A stretch of 64,000 bases of DNA from Escherichia phage slur09. The stretch lies in the sequence record NC_028840.1. One strand, written 5' to 3'. The first letter of the stretch is position 1; each line of letters starts with the position of its first letter. Of the stretch, positions 50,301 to 59,659 are shown in pieces. The position numbers and the translations under genes were made by a program. The notes under the pieces are model-generated. The model worked only from the letters and a program-made list of their open reading frames with translations, ran no database searches and had not been told where the DNA came from.

Positions 50301-51177
50301 CAATCTGACCATATTAGGTAGCACATCTGATAGCAGTTTAATGAATTGCACTCTCCATGGGTATAACAGCGCCGGTTCAAGTCTTGCATGGACAATTGGA
50401 ACGTCTGCATCTGAAAACAAGATGCTTACAATTAGGAACCTTCATAGCGAAGCAAAAGTATTACTAAACGGTGTAGATGGAGCAATTCAACTCAAAACAG
50501 GTACTGTTGGAGGAGCCGCTGCGCAAGCGATCACTATTAATAAGGATGAGGTCTACTCAACTGTTGATTTTGCCATTACAAAAGGAGGTAAGAGATTCTC
50601 TATACAAAACAGCGCCAACTCCGAACTACCATTCGCTATCAGGGTATGGGGCTCCAGCACTCGTCAAAACGTTTTTGAGGTTGGCACGTCTGCTGCGTAT
50701 TTGTTCTATGCTCAAAAAACATCGCAGGGGCAACTGTTTGATGTAAATGGTAATATTAACTGTGTAACACTTAACCAGTCCTCGGACCGAAGACTTAAAG
50801 AGAATATCAATGTTATTTCTGACGCAACAGGAGCTATCAGAAAGATCAATGGATATACATACACCCTTAAAGATGGAGGTTCCAATAAGGCTGGTGTTAT
50901 CGCCCAGGAAGTGATGGAAGCATTACCTGAAGCAGTAGGTTCATTTATCCGGTACGGTGAAGAACTTCCAGGCCCAACCGAAGATGGGAATACTTTGCGT
51001 GAAGAAGCATCATATCTTAACGTCGACTATTCCGCGCTTACTGGTCTTCTTGTTCAGGTGGCACGCGAAACAGATAACCGAGTCACCGAACTAGAATCAG
51101 AAGTATCTGATCTTAAAAAGCAACTTGCAGACCTAACTCTAGTAGTTAACTCTTTGTTAGCAAATAGGGCACAGTAA
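47359..51177 (+). CDS. ltf: L-shaped tail fibre (pb1-like) with C-terminal intramolecular chaperone domain
   Basis: 1272 aa; N-terminal KTSETNAKASETAA repeats; C-terminal S74-type chaperone signature SSDRRLKENI...GYTYTLKDGG...VIAQEV. Confidence 0.8.
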   Translation: MAITKIILQQMVTMDQNSITASKYPKYTIVLGNSISSITAGELTSAIESSKASAAAAKQSEINAKQSELNAKDSENEAEISAASSQQSATQSASSATASANSAKAAKTSETNAKASETAAKTSETNAKASETAAKTSETNANSSKTAAAASASAAKTSETNASASAAAAKTSETNANNSKNAAANSANAAKASETNAKTSETNAAASATKAENVASGMRDSIGLGSSQRECTDISGDPSGYIGFMRIRSSAKGFPSIASGENSITGFISQVDGTPAYAGVFQGWDTFSLYTYRWNPTIGPQWQRHARKNEVDKLVQLNSETQLLNPGDNAKIIITSNKLWGAYDIENRSYIPLAVGQGGTGGRSAAEARNNLQLNRFQRSSDTRTIILSTDVQKDGCYLQVDADGQWGAFNPKIGKWQALAIPQGGTGANDTSTARTNLQVMYEAKTGLDENTNLNDIKGTTAGFYYQPMSANAKPELNYPIQLAGALRVLKDGANVGYSCIQTYYVYNNPKISYSRVYNGGSDTWSDWVRNVSTGRIEEGESTTYVYSDYSPLAPRLQVGTSGLWGCHNGSSWVPLSIGQGGTGATTLQDAKTNLQIPEGGLTKAMLLQAPKGAEDGKYYPVIIDASGIEGNGNLTCPIDIKTAGRASSDPMNSNTFSGYFRCGGWSDTKDIAYGSFITYDKNELGILCLKVSQKDYPQYVAFYIHKSAFPILLQTGYKARVIVPTEDYVIGTNGVKYKFGVSTSTEGNAENSVKNALDFTGGESGFYSNLPFRQGYAYNVALTNDLNFDKNFTFTTPIFLNNGQIKATQSFTAYGTDVSNRSFVSQRLQSEGGQVVDQTELRAANGSGEIVVRDVNNSGNSKWFTFSLDGTMSSYNGIAVTASQNWAIQHNDNVNKFKPIAGSAGSPDGTMVVGGFHAQFSGNYATQFAGRNSSFWARSFEAGVDKGWKRLLTVDDLNSSTNLTVNSLTTISSVKSGSGNLTILGSTSDSSLMNCTLHGYNSAGSSLAWTIGTSASENKMLTIRNLHSEAKVLLNGVDGAIQLKTGTVGGAAAQAITINKDEVYSTVDFAITKGGKRFSIQNSANSELPFAIRVWGSSTRQNVFEVGTSAAYLFYAQKTSQGQLFDVNGNINCVTLNQSSDRRLKENINVISDATGAIRKINGYTYTLKDGGSNKAGVIAQEVMEALPEAVGSFIRYGEELPGPTEDGNTLREEASYLNVDYSALTGLLVQVARETDNRVTELESEVSDLKKQLADLTLVVNSLLANRAQ
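47677..47965 (+). repeat. 42-bp tandem repeats inside tail-fibre gene
   Basis: 47677-47718 and 47719-47760 near-identical, followed by degenerate copies. Confidence 0.8.
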
Positions 51178-51180
51178 AAA

Positions 51181-51217
51181 GAAACCCCAGTGGACAAAAT
51201 CCACTGGGGTTTTTCTA
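51181..51217. terminator. bidirectional rho-independent terminator between late operon and replication genes
   Basis: AAACCCCAGTGGA-caaaa-TCCACTGGGGTTT with A-run upstream and T-run downstream. Confidence 0.85.
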
Positions 51218-51427
51218 TTATTCGCTTCTACAACCTTCTATAATACCAAGATTATAAATAGTTAGTAGTATTTTTAAATGTTCATTATCAGTATTAGTAC
51301 AAAGCTCTACAAAACCTTCAGGATCCCAGAAAGTAACATTACCTTCTTTATCTGTTCTTAGCACAAATGTTTCTGATTCAGTAGTTTTAATCTGATAAGT
51401 TGACGTATTAGTATCAATACCTACCAT
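51218..51427 (-). CDS. hypothetical protein (start uncertain)
   Basis: Track ORF 51218-51481 would overlap dUTPase 3' end; ATG 51427 avoids overlap. Confidence 0.3.
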   Translation of the reverse strand: MVGIDTNTSTYQIKTTESETFVLRTDKEGNVTFWDPEGFVELCTNTDNEHLKILLTIYNLGIIEGCRSE

Positions 51428-51443
51428 ATTAGGATCAGTAAAA

Positions 51444-51890
51444 TTATTTGCTTCCTGAACTTCCAAATCCGCCTTCCCCACGATTAGTCTCCCCTAGTTT
51501 GTCGACGATTTCAAAATTATGAGTTGAGTAGTGTGGTACTACTACTAGCTGACAAAGTCTTTCAAAATTCTCCAGAGTTTGAATTTCAGAACCGTAGTTG
51601 AACAAGTTCATCTTAATAGTTCCACGATAGTCTGAGTCAATCACCCCTGCGGTGTTTGCAATCATCAGATGACGCTTACCTAAAGAACTACGAGGAACTA
51701 CCAAACCGAACCAACCTCGCGGAATTTCTACCGCGACACCGGTGTCAATCATAAGAGATTTGCCTGGTGCAATAGCACGTAAATCTGCAGCAGGGTTAGT
51801 ACCAAAGAACGCTCTCAGATCCATACCTGCGGCATCTTCTGAACCAATCTTAGGCATACAATCTGGATGAGTTAACTTAATTTTAATCAT
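51444..51890 (-). CDS. dUTPase
   Basis: 148 aa; AAGMDLRA, RSSLGKRH, GVIDSDYRG, GEGGFGSSG motifs. Confidence 0.85.
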   Translation of the reverse strand: MIKIKLTHPDCMPKIGSEDAAGMDLRAFFGTNPAADLRAIAPGKSLMIDTGVAVEIPRGWFGLVVPRSSLGKRHLMIANTAGVIDSDYRGTIKMNLFNYGSEIQTLENFERLCQLVVVPHYSTHNFEIVDKLGETNRGEGGFGSSGSK

Positions 51891-52762
51891 TGTTCTGCAA
51901 TCTCCAAAATATCTTTTGTAAACTTATCTAATACATCTTGACCTACAGCAGCAATAGCATCCACACAGTAGGTAGGTAAATCAACCAGAATTAAATTTCG
52001 GTAAAGCAATTCTTCCGAAGCATTTAAATTCTGTATATATTTCTGTTTTCCAGGTAGTGGAAGCTGATCAATAATATCCAGAACGTTACCAAATTCACGA
52101 ATAATGTTATACCCGCGTTTTGCCCCAATACCCTCAACACCACGGATATTATCTCCTAAATCACCCATAATTGCTTTCAGAGAGATAAACTGCTCTACAT
52201 CGTCAACATTATGATGCTCATACATATCACGAAGATGGTATTCACGACGTGTTGTGAAAGAGAAGCGAGATATTTTATCTGTTAATAAAGTATCCCAGTC
52301 ACCGTCAGTAGAAATCAGCCAAACGTGATCATATAGATGCCCGATCAGCTTAACAATATAAGCTGCCATATCATCTGCTTCTACGCCACGAATAGTGAAG
52401 GTTGGGAATGTAGTTTCACATAGTTCGAAAGCATCTTTCAAATACTCGAAGAACTGCTCATCTAACGCTTTCTCCTCTTCCGTACGCTGTGAGTATTTCT
52501 CATCTCGGTTCCCTTTATACTCGGGGAGATGCTCTAGGCGGAATGCAGACTTCCCTTTATCTCCTAAAACTATTGTAGTTCTAGCAGAATAAGATTTTGC
52601 AAGAGACTGGATAGTGGAAACATAACTTGAGGCAAATGGTTTTTTACTATTGTTATGCTTGAAGCGAAAGCCTAAGTTAGTTCCATCGACAATCATTAGG
52701 TTACTACGGGAAGCCATTTCAGCTTCCTCTTCTTCAATAAATTTTCCCCAGGATTTACTCAT
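51887..52762 (-). CDS. D15: flap endonuclease / 5'-3' exonuclease
   Basis: 291 aa (T5 D15 is 291 aa); N-terminal LMIVDGTNLGFRF 5'-nuclease motif. Confidence 0.8.
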   Translation of the reverse strand: MSKSWGKFIEEEEAEMASRSNLMIVDGTNLGFRFKHNNSKKPFASSYVSTIQSLAKSYSARTTIVLGDKGKSAFRLEHLPEYKGNRDEKYSQRTEEEKALDEQFFEYLKDAFELCETTFPTFTIRGVEADDMAAYIVKLIGHLYDHVWLISTDGDWDTLLTDKISRFSFTTRREYHLRDMYEHHNVDDVEQFISLKAIMGDLGDNIRGVEGIGAKRGYNIIREFGNVLDIIDQLPLPGKQKYIQNLNASEELLYRNLILVDLPTYCVDAIAAVGQDVLDKFTKDILEIAEQ

Positions 52763-53244
52763 TATTTAATTAAGTCCTCAACAGATGCATGATGTAGCCA
52801 CGGCTCAAATAAACCAATTACGATTTCCATGTCTTTCTTATTTAACACCATATGGGTACGACTCATTAAGTTGTCAACCATCGGGTCTGAGCTATCCAAA
52901 GCTATTAACCACTGTCCTCTGTCTTTCTTGAATATTAATGCAGGTTTGGAGTTCATCTGCTCACCTTCACGTGAGCATTGCTGCCACCACTTCTCTAGAG
53001 TGGATTCACCAACATTAAATAAATTACTTGATAATGCGTCATCTTTATACCACTTAACTTCGAAGCAGTATTTACTAATGTGTCCGCTTTGTGGTGGAAG
53101 GTAGATGTCACCTTTCAGTCCGTGGCTCTGGCCAAAAGCACCAGAGCCAGGAACACGTTCCCACTCAAGACCTGTACGCTCACGTAGAATATCTCTTACC
53201 TGATACTCACCTCGTTTACCTTTCTCTCTACTATCTACAGCCAT
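52762..53244 (-). CDS. hypothetical protein, possible nuclease (D14-position)
   Basis: 160 aa; GxGDIY...EVKW suggestive of PD-(D/E)xK-like core. Confidence 0.35.
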   Translation of the reverse strand: MAVDSREKGKRGEYQVRDILRERTGLEWERVPGSGAFGQSHGLKGDIYLPPQSGHISKYCFEVKWYKDDALSSNLFNVGESTLEKWWQQCSREGEQMNSKPALIFKKDRGQWLIALDSSDPMVDNLMSRTHMVLNKKDMEIVIGLFEPWLHHASVEDLIK

Positions 53245-53247
53245 GTT

Positions 53248-55086
53248 TTATTCTAAGTAGGAAAATCCTTCTGCATCTTTTTTAACAGTAATCTTATGAG
53301 CTAATGGATGCGTATGCCCATGAGAAACAATGATAGAATTTAGACTTTCTTCCTCATTTAATAGTTCAACAAGAGTGTCAAGTCCTTTAGTATCAATAAA
53401 GCTAATTACTTCATCAAGGAATAGAAGATTAATATTAACTTTACTAATAGATGTTAGTAGCATTCGAATAGCTAACAGAGTTGCTAGGTTGATTCGACTT
53501 TGCTGACCAGTAGAGCAATTCTCCATACTAGTACGATTTCCATCATTGAAGATTACTACTTGTAATTTTGTTTCATCAAGTTCAAATCCAAGTGCGAACT
53601 TACCGCCAGTCATAATGGAAAGGTATTTATTGATAAGCTCTTCAAATACTTTCACACTATGCTCTAGTTTATATCCTACTAGATTCTTTAATGCAGCGAT
53701 CAGAATATCGAGATCAGCAACAGCCTCTGATACCTCATCCAGTTTGGAAGTAATCTCAGACATTTCTGCCTCAGCTTTCTCAATCTGTTCTAGTTTCGCT
53801 TTATATTTTGCATTGGCTAATTCGACATTTGCATTATGCTCTTTGGCAATTGCAACCTTAGAACGGCCATCAGCGATTTCCTGTTCTAATTGTCGGATTT
53901 GCACCTGTAGGTTTTGCACATTGAGTTCTTCAAAAGAAGCATCACTCATTGAACTTTTGAACTCGTCTCTAGCTGCTAATGCTTTATCCAAAGCATCCTT
54001 TGCTCTAATATATGCAGTGTATTCAAGTTGTTCTTTCTTCAACTGTTCTAGCTTAGCTTCAAGAGATTGCTTCTCTTTGAACAGAGGATCATATTCTGTT
54101 CTAGCCATATCCATTGCTTTTTGAGCAGCCGTTGTATCCAGATGAGTACCGCAAGTAGGGCATTCAGTATTTGAAGCCTCTTGCTTGAACTTCTGATAAC
54201 GTTTCTTAACTTCGCCTGCACGTGAGGTTACAATCGTTAGATCACGCGTAACACTTGAGATCTCTTCGTTTTGGTCAATGGGCGCGGGCAAATTTTTGAA
54301 AGGCTCGAAAGATTGTTCGGCAACTTGTACAGCTTTGTCCAAATTACGCAATTTAGTAATATTAGCCTCTTGAGACTTGGCTAATGCCGCCTTAATTTTC
54401 GATTCAGTAAGTTCTTGTGCTAATGGCTCTTCATCAAACTCTGGTACTTCTACAGGTTCCTGCAAAGTTCCCAGATTATTCTTTCCATTAAGGATTTTCG
54501 TAATTACAGCCATTTGGCCCTGCAAATTATTTAAGGTATTTGCTATTTCTTTACGGTCAGCCTTAATAGTTTCTGACATTTCTTTGTACTGTTCTTGATT
54601 GAACAAGTTAACAAGAAAAGCCTTACGTGTTGCATCTGTTGCTTTTAGAAAGTCTAGATTGGAACCCACCGATTGATAAATCAGTTTGGTGAATGTTTGG
54701 AAGTCACCACCCATAATTTCTTCAATCATCTTGTATGTTTGGGTTGCCGTGTGTCCACTAATATCTTCCCCATTCTTAATAAGAGTTACTTTAGCAGTTG
54801 ATTTAACTACTTTATGCAGTTCGTACTCATCTTCATCTTTCGAGAAGTAAGCGTGCATATCGTATTCTTTTTTCGGAGAAGACCAGGAGAACAGAGCATC
54901 CTTCTTAATACCACGTGAGTTCTTGTTATAAAACAATTCCTCGATAACCGTAGCGATGGTGGATTTTCCTAATCCATTGCCACCAATTAGTTGAGTAACT
55001 GGATTCTTATCGAAATGAATTACGATGTCCTTACCGTAAGACATAACGTTACTAAATTTTAGTGTCTTAATTGTAATCTTTGACAT
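53248..55086 (-). CDS. SbcC/Rad50-like ATPase
   Basis: Walker A GGNGLGKST near N-terminus, long coiled coil, C-terminal LFLDEVISFID D-loop-like segment; start at ATG 55086 (track 55167). Confidence 0.7.
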   Translation of the reverse strand: MSKITIKTLKFSNVMSYGKDIVIHFDKNPVTQLIGGNGLGKSTIATVIEELFYNKNSRGIKKDALFSWSSPKKEYDMHAYFSKDEDEYELHKVVKSTAKVTLIKNGEDISGHTATQTYKMIEEIMGGDFQTFTKLIYQSVGSNLDFLKATDATRKAFLVNLFNQEQYKEMSETIKADRKEIANTLNNLQGQMAVITKILNGKNNLGTLQEPVEVPEFDEEPLAQELTESKIKAALAKSQEANITKLRNLDKAVQVAEQSFEPFKNLPAPIDQNEEISSVTRDLTIVTSRAGEVKKRYQKFKQEASNTECPTCGTHLDTTAAQKAMDMARTEYDPLFKEKQSLEAKLEQLKKEQLEYTAYIRAKDALDKALAARDEFKSSMSDASFEELNVQNLQVQIRQLEQEIADGRSKVAIAKEHNANVELANAKYKAKLEQIEKAEAEMSEITSKLDEVSEAVADLDILIAALKNLVGYKLEHSVKVFEELINKYLSIMTGGKFALGFELDETKLQVVIFNDGNRTSMENCSTGQQSRINLATLLAIRMLLTSISKVNINLLFLDEVISFIDTKGLDTLVELLNEEESLNSIIVSHGHTHPLAHKITVKKDAEGFSYLE

Positions 55087-56044
55087 ATTTTGCAGCTCTA
55101 GCCAAGATTCTATCAATGTCGCCTTGAGATAGCTTCTCGACTTCACGGAAGTAAAGTTCAAGTTCACCTAACATATCAAGATCAACAAGATTTAACTTAG
55201 CGTCTTTAGTAACTCGATGGTTAATCTTCTTATCTAATAAATCAGAGTCTTTGATAGACTTTAATTGAACAACGTCACCAGTAACTTCATAGACTACACG
55301 ATCATAATCACTAGGTTCCATCTCTTCACCAGCCCCGATTGTTTTACGAATCAGTTGTGGTAAATCACCGAGTTCAATCCATTCTACTTTTAATGTGTCG
55401 GTATCAACGATAAAGCAACCATTTGTACCTTTTGTGCGTTCTCTATGAAACGATGTAGTTAATGGAGACCCTGGGTAGAGAAGTCTAGTAGATCCGATAG
55501 TCTGGCTATTAGTATAAGAATGTAAATCGCCAGCAATTACAGTATCATAACAGTTGTACTTAGTTAGATCAATTTCTGGTTTTACATGTGGAGGGATTTC
55601 ACCACGAACATGCGTGAAACATAGTTTTGATTCAGATGGTTTCCACTTAGATTTATGGATTTCATCATACGGAACAATATCAAATTCAGGGGAACGATAT
55701 GGTTTGGTAATTACTTCCCACTTACCACTCGTTACCTTATTAATAACTCCTGCATAATGATATAGACATGAAATGGTTTTAGTTAACATTTCATGATTAC
55801 CAGTAAAGATTTTGCCTGGATGGTCAAGTCTTGACATGAACTGTTCAAGCAGTTCTATTTCTTCTGACGACGGGTCGGCAACATCAAGTATATCACCACC
55901 AGCAATATGAAGATCACAGTTATGATTATGGAATATATCATTTAACCGTTCTCCTAGCATCAGGAAGCGACGCTTCTGCCATTCTTTGGGTATCTTATCT
56001 TGGCCCAGCTTAATATGATGATCAGCACTAAATAGTATTTTCAC
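55067..56044 (-). CDS. SbcD/Mre11-like nuclease
   Basis: 325 aa; ADHH, GDILD, GNHE, GDLH phosphoesterase motifs. Confidence 0.7.
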   Translation of the reverse strand: MKILFSADHHIKLGQDKIPKEWQKRRFLMLGERLNDIFHNHNCDLHIAGGDILDVADPSSEEIELLEQFMSRLDHPGKIFTGNHEMLTKTISCLYHYAGVINKVTSGKWEVITKPYRSPEFDIVPYDEIHKSKWKPSESKLCFTHVRGEIPPHVKPEIDLTKYNCYDTVIAGDLHSYTNSQTIGSTRLLYPGSPLTTSFHRERTKGTNGCFIVDTDTLKVEWIELGDLPQLIRKTIGAGEEMEPSDYDRVVYEVTGDVVQLKSIKDSDLLDKKINHRVTKDAKLNLVDLDMLGELELYFREVEKLSQGDIDRILARAAKYVKDYN

Positions 56045-56504
56045 TTAATAGACTATCATATACTGCATTTGCTACAGTCTCTGCTTCATGTATGGAATCT
56101 GTATATCCATAATGCTTACCTTTAATTTGAACAAAATATCTACCAGTTGAATGTTTTAAGAAGACACCTTTTGGTAATTCTTTATTACTATTCTTGTTTC
56201 TATTCAACTGATTGCGTGACTTAGAAGAGTCTAGTAAATTATCTATGGCATTATTTAATGGATTCCTATCCTTATGGTCAATTTCTTCTGGAATGTACCC
56301 ATACACATATAAGAAAGCTAACTGATGTGCTTTATACCTTTTACTATCAATTCGGATTTCCAATCTGATATAGTTATCAGATACCCGTACTTCCGTCCCT
56401 GCTATGGAGCCTTTCGATACTCTTCCTCTTGAGACTTTCCATCTAAATATACCAGTTAGAGGATCATAGTCTAATAGCTCTTTAAGTCTATCTTGTGTAA
56501 TCAT
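56028..56504 (-). CDS. HNH homing endonuclease
   Basis: 158 aa; YKAHQLAFLYVYGYIPEEIDHKDRNPLNN; same N-terminal LKELxxYxPxTG as other copies. Confidence 0.7.
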   Translation of the reverse strand: MITQDRLKELLDYDPLTGIFRWKVSRGRVSKGSIAGTEVRVSDNYIRLEIRIDSKRYKAHQLAFLYVYGYIPEEIDHKDRNPLNNAIDNLLDSSKSRNQLNRNKNSNKELPKGVFLKHSTGRYFVQIKGKHYGYTDSIHEAETVANAVYDSLLSENTI

Positions 56505-56541
56505 AAAGATATAAGAAAAGGGGCCGAAGCCCCTCTATTTA

Positions 56542-57315
56542 TTAGTCGTCCAGATCGCTTGCAGCTTCTGTGTCAATACCTTTCTGGGAGCCTGCATTGC
56601 TATTACCAGATTTGGCATCGTCATCTTTATTCTCACGACCCTCCATGAAGGCTAGAATTGCTTCTTTCTGCTCTTCATAGGTAGGAACCGGATAGGTTTG
56701 TTCCAGAGAAGGAACTTTTTCGAACTTAATGATGTCGCCATCTTCATCACACATAGCTTCACCGATCAGATCTACATCCGCAGCATATTGCTTAGATTCC
56801 GCGCTGTTAGGATCTTGCAGCTTAATCTGGAACTGCATAGCAGCAATCTGCTGTACATCATACTCAGTATCGAAACCTTTACCTTTTTTCTCGATAGAAA
56901 TATCAATATCAAACGGAGTTGCCAAACTCAACTGCTTCATGATAGACTGGATGCCTTTCAGAATAGTAGCCTTGACTTCCATTACTTTCAGTTTGTTATC
57001 AGAACGGTCGATAACAAAAGCGATATAGTTTTTCTTCGGTTTCAGCGGAACACGATTACCATCTTTATCCAGTTCTTTCTCGAAGAAGCCCATCTCATGA
57101 ACCGGATCAGCTTTACCACGAACAAAGCTCTCTTTGTCACGGTTAAAACGGAGACATTCGAAAGGAGCTACGTTACCCTCTTTATTAGTCAGCCAATAGA
57201 CATAACGTGGAAGAACACCAGAAACGATACGAACACGAGTGATACCGTTGTTGAACTTCAGGAATTCGATTTTATCGTTAGAACCGCCAGTAGTTTCGCC
57301 CCAAGACTTAGCCAT
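56542..57315 (-). CDS. hypothetical replication-module protein (D11-position)
   Basis: 257 aa acidic C-terminus. Confidence 0.5.
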   Translation of the reverse strand: MAKSWGETTGGSNDKIEFLKFNNGITRVRIVSGVLPRYVYWLTNKEGNVAPFECLRFNRDKESFVRGKADPVHEMGFFEKELDKDGNRVPLKPKKNYIAFVIDRSDNKLKVMEVKATILKGIQSIMKQLSLATPFDIDISIEKKGKGFDTEYDVQQIAAMQFQIKLQDPNSAESKQYAADVDLIGEAMCDEDGDIIKFEKVPSLEQTYPVPTYEEQKEAILAFMEGRENKDDDAKSGNSNAGSQKGIDTEAASDLDD

Positions 57316-57592
57316 ATTTTATTTCCTCTTTAAAGATTAATTTTGATTTGTTAATTGCGATTAGTGGGTTAGTGTCGATTACTAAACGTGGTATCCATAC
57401 TGGAACATATTGCATGTCCAAACTAGGATCGTTTGTAAACTTGTATTCGGCATAATTTCGTAGACTTAAAATTCCTAGATATTCTGCCAGTTGTCTATTA
57501 GACAATTTATTTGGATTATCAACTATTGTTGATTCATTCAAAATGAATGAGGAACCGACCAATAATTGGTGAGCATCAGGCTCTGTAAGCAT
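57308..57592 (-). CDS. hypothetical protein (weakly supported)
   Basis: 94 aa ORF, no clear RBS. Confidence 0.25.
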   Translation of the reverse strand: MLTEPDAHQLLVGSSFILNESTIVDNPNKLSNRQLAEYLGILSLRNYAEYKFTNDPSLDMQYVPVWIPRLVIDTNPLIAINKSKLIFKEEIKYG

Positions 57593-57699
57593 TCTTTTGA
57601 ATAACTTAATAATTAGGTCGGAATTTCCTCTAGCTAGTAAGTATAGCTTTTCATAATCGAAGAATTTAATTTTTGTTTTCTCCTCGAATTTATGTATAT

Positions 57700-57729
57700 A
57701 TTATACTAGATTTCGAGAGAATTTAGCAA
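57700..57729 (-). promoter_or_regulatory. T5-type early promoter (minus strand)
   Basis: TTGCTA-N18-TATAAT on minus strand followed by ATATACATAAATT and GAGGAG. Confidence 0.55.
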
Positions 57730-57800
57730 CTAAAATTTTTATTTTTCTGCTTCGGACTTTCTTATCAATCCGAAACTTTCTCTCTCAAATTTATGTATAT

Positions 57801-57829
57801 ATTATACATCATTTATGAGCTGTTGCCAA
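57801..57829 (-). promoter_or_regulatory. T5-type early promoter (minus strand), tandem with 57700-57729
   Basis: TTGGCA-N17-TATAAT on minus strand; lies in 23-bp direct repeat 57784-57807 / 57684-57707. Confidence 0.5.
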
Positions 57830-59165
57830 ATGCAATTTTAGCTAATTGAACTGCTTTCTCCGGAGTCATGGTAATAGTTTTCCACCCGTTGTTACGATAT
57901 ACTGCCATACGTCCAGAAGCCTGTCTTAGTCCAGTGCCCCCTTTCATAATTAGATCTACAACAATAGGGTCGAGTTTACCTTCAACAATACGTTGAACAC
58001 GACCTGCAAGCTGTTCAATGAGAGACTCATTATTAATAAGACTTCCCATTATTAAACAAGATAGCTCATTAAGGGAAATACCTTCAGAGAAGATACTCTG
58101 AGCTGCTGCAAGTACACAAGGTCCACCTTTTGCTATATCTTCCTGGATTTTTAATCGGTCATCTAAGGGGGTTGCCCCTATAATTTCATATGTTGTAACA
58201 CCACGCTGTGCAAGAGCTTCTAGTACTGTTTGGATTAACTCTGTTCTATCGCTTACAATGAGTACTTTATGCCCCATATTCACGTATAAATGTGCTAGAT
58301 TTATAATAGTCTCTCGATATTCAGGATGATTATATACATCGTTAGCACGTAATGCCCATGGTACGTTTTGGTTCCCTGATAACTCAACAGGTACGGAGTA
58401 CCTATGGATTGTAGGTGCAACAGTATTATTAACCGGTGGGCTAAAGATCTTATATCCAAAGAAATCTTTGAACATAACTTGTAGACCATCTTTTCTTTTT
58501 AATGTTCCAGATAGTCCAATCTTATAGCGAGCACATGATATTTCTAGGAAGTTAGTGAAAGTTGTAGCCACACAATGGTGAACTTCATCAACTATAACAG
58601 TACCGAATACTTTAGAAAGATTATTCGCATGCTTATTCACTGTTTGAATATTACTGACCACAATTGGTGGATCAATATTGTATTTCCCAGAACCTATGAT
58701 ACCAGGTTCAAACCCAAACCATTTACGAACTTCTGCTGCCCACATTTCACGAATGGATGTATTCGTACAGATTACCAAAGTTTTCTGGCCAAATTTATAC
58801 GCAAGTGCAAGGGCTAGGATAGTTTTACCAAACCCAGGCTTACCATTAATAATACAGGTATCATCGCACTCTTCATATATTGGGAGCTGGTCTTCTTCAC
58901 GCAGCTTGAACTTAGGTTTTGGTATATCTACCGGAGCTAATGTACGTTTATCTACTAATTCGTATTTTACTCCTTTAGCATCTAATAAATCCAGACGCGT
59001 GATAGGAATCCACTTAATCTCTTTAGCAACAACACCACTATTCTTATACATAATAGGGTATTTACTAGTCATTGTCTCTATGTGATAGGTGGTTTGCTTA
59101 CTACAATAATCCCAAAGTTCATCATCGGGCTTGAAATAGGCTTTATTAGATATAACAACCTTCAT
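57813..59165 (-). CDS. D10: SF2 DNA helicase
   Basis: 450 aa; Walker A GKPGFGKT, Walker B VIVDEVHH. Confidence 0.75.
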   Translation of the reverse strand: MKVVISNKAYFKPDDELWDYCSKQTTYHIETMTSKYPIMYKNSGVVAKEIKWIPITRLDLLDAKGVKYELVDKRTLAPVDIPKPKFKLREEDQLPIYEECDDTCIINGKPGFGKTILALALAYKFGQKTLVICTNTSIREMWAAEVRKWFGFEPGIIGSGKYNIDPPIVVSNIQTVNKHANNLSKVFGTVIVDEVHHCVATTFTNFLEISCARYKIGLSGTLKRKDGLQVMFKDFFGYKIFSPPVNNTVAPTIHRYSVPVELSGNQNVPWALRANDVYNHPEYRETIINLAHLYVNMGHKVLIVSDRTELIQTVLEALAQRGVTTYEIIGATPLDDRLKIQEDIAKGGPCVLAAAQSIFSEGISLNELSCLIMGSLINNESLIEQLAGRVQRIVEGKLDPIVVDLIMKGGTGLRQASGRMAVYRNNGWKTITMTPEKAVQLAKIAFGNSS

Positions 59166-59659
59166 AATTTTATTCTAAGTCTAGGAATTTCAGGCTCCTC
59201 TTGATGGACTTGATAAATAACAGGGCTATTATTTACCAGAATATAGCTTATATAAGCTGGAACATAGGATAATACAAATGGATATGGAACTTTAGCTACA
59301 TAGCACTGGTATTTTCCGTTATAAATTCTAGCTGAATGCAAAACTTTAGAGGTAACAACATCATAGAACGTAGTTTTCTTCCAATTAATAAGATTTCCAT
59401 CAGAATCTATAAATTGGCTACGCTTTGACCCAACTAATTGGGACAACATTGATATTCTACCTCTAATAGGATAGAGCTTGTACGGTAATTCTTTCCGTTT
59501 CTCAAATAGAATAAGCCTACGTTGAGAAAACGTGCCAGGCAACTTCCTGTTATCTAGCACATATTTATTATATCTTGTTGTAATTACGGAATAATCACCT
59601 TCTTGCTCAATTGATACAAACGCCCGTAACGCATAGACGGGCAATTTGAAATCAAGCAC
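59162..59659 (-). CDS. hypothetical protein
   Basis: 165 aa between helicase and polymerase. Confidence 0.45.
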   Translation of the reverse strand: MLDFKLPVYALRAFVSIEQEGDYSVITTRYNKYVLDNRKLPGTFSQRRLILFEKRKELPYKLYPIRGRISMLSQLVGSKRSQFIDSDGNLINWKKTTFYDVVTSKVLHSARIYNGKYQCYVAKVPYPFVLSYVPAYISYILVNNSPVIYQVHQEEPEIPRLRIKL

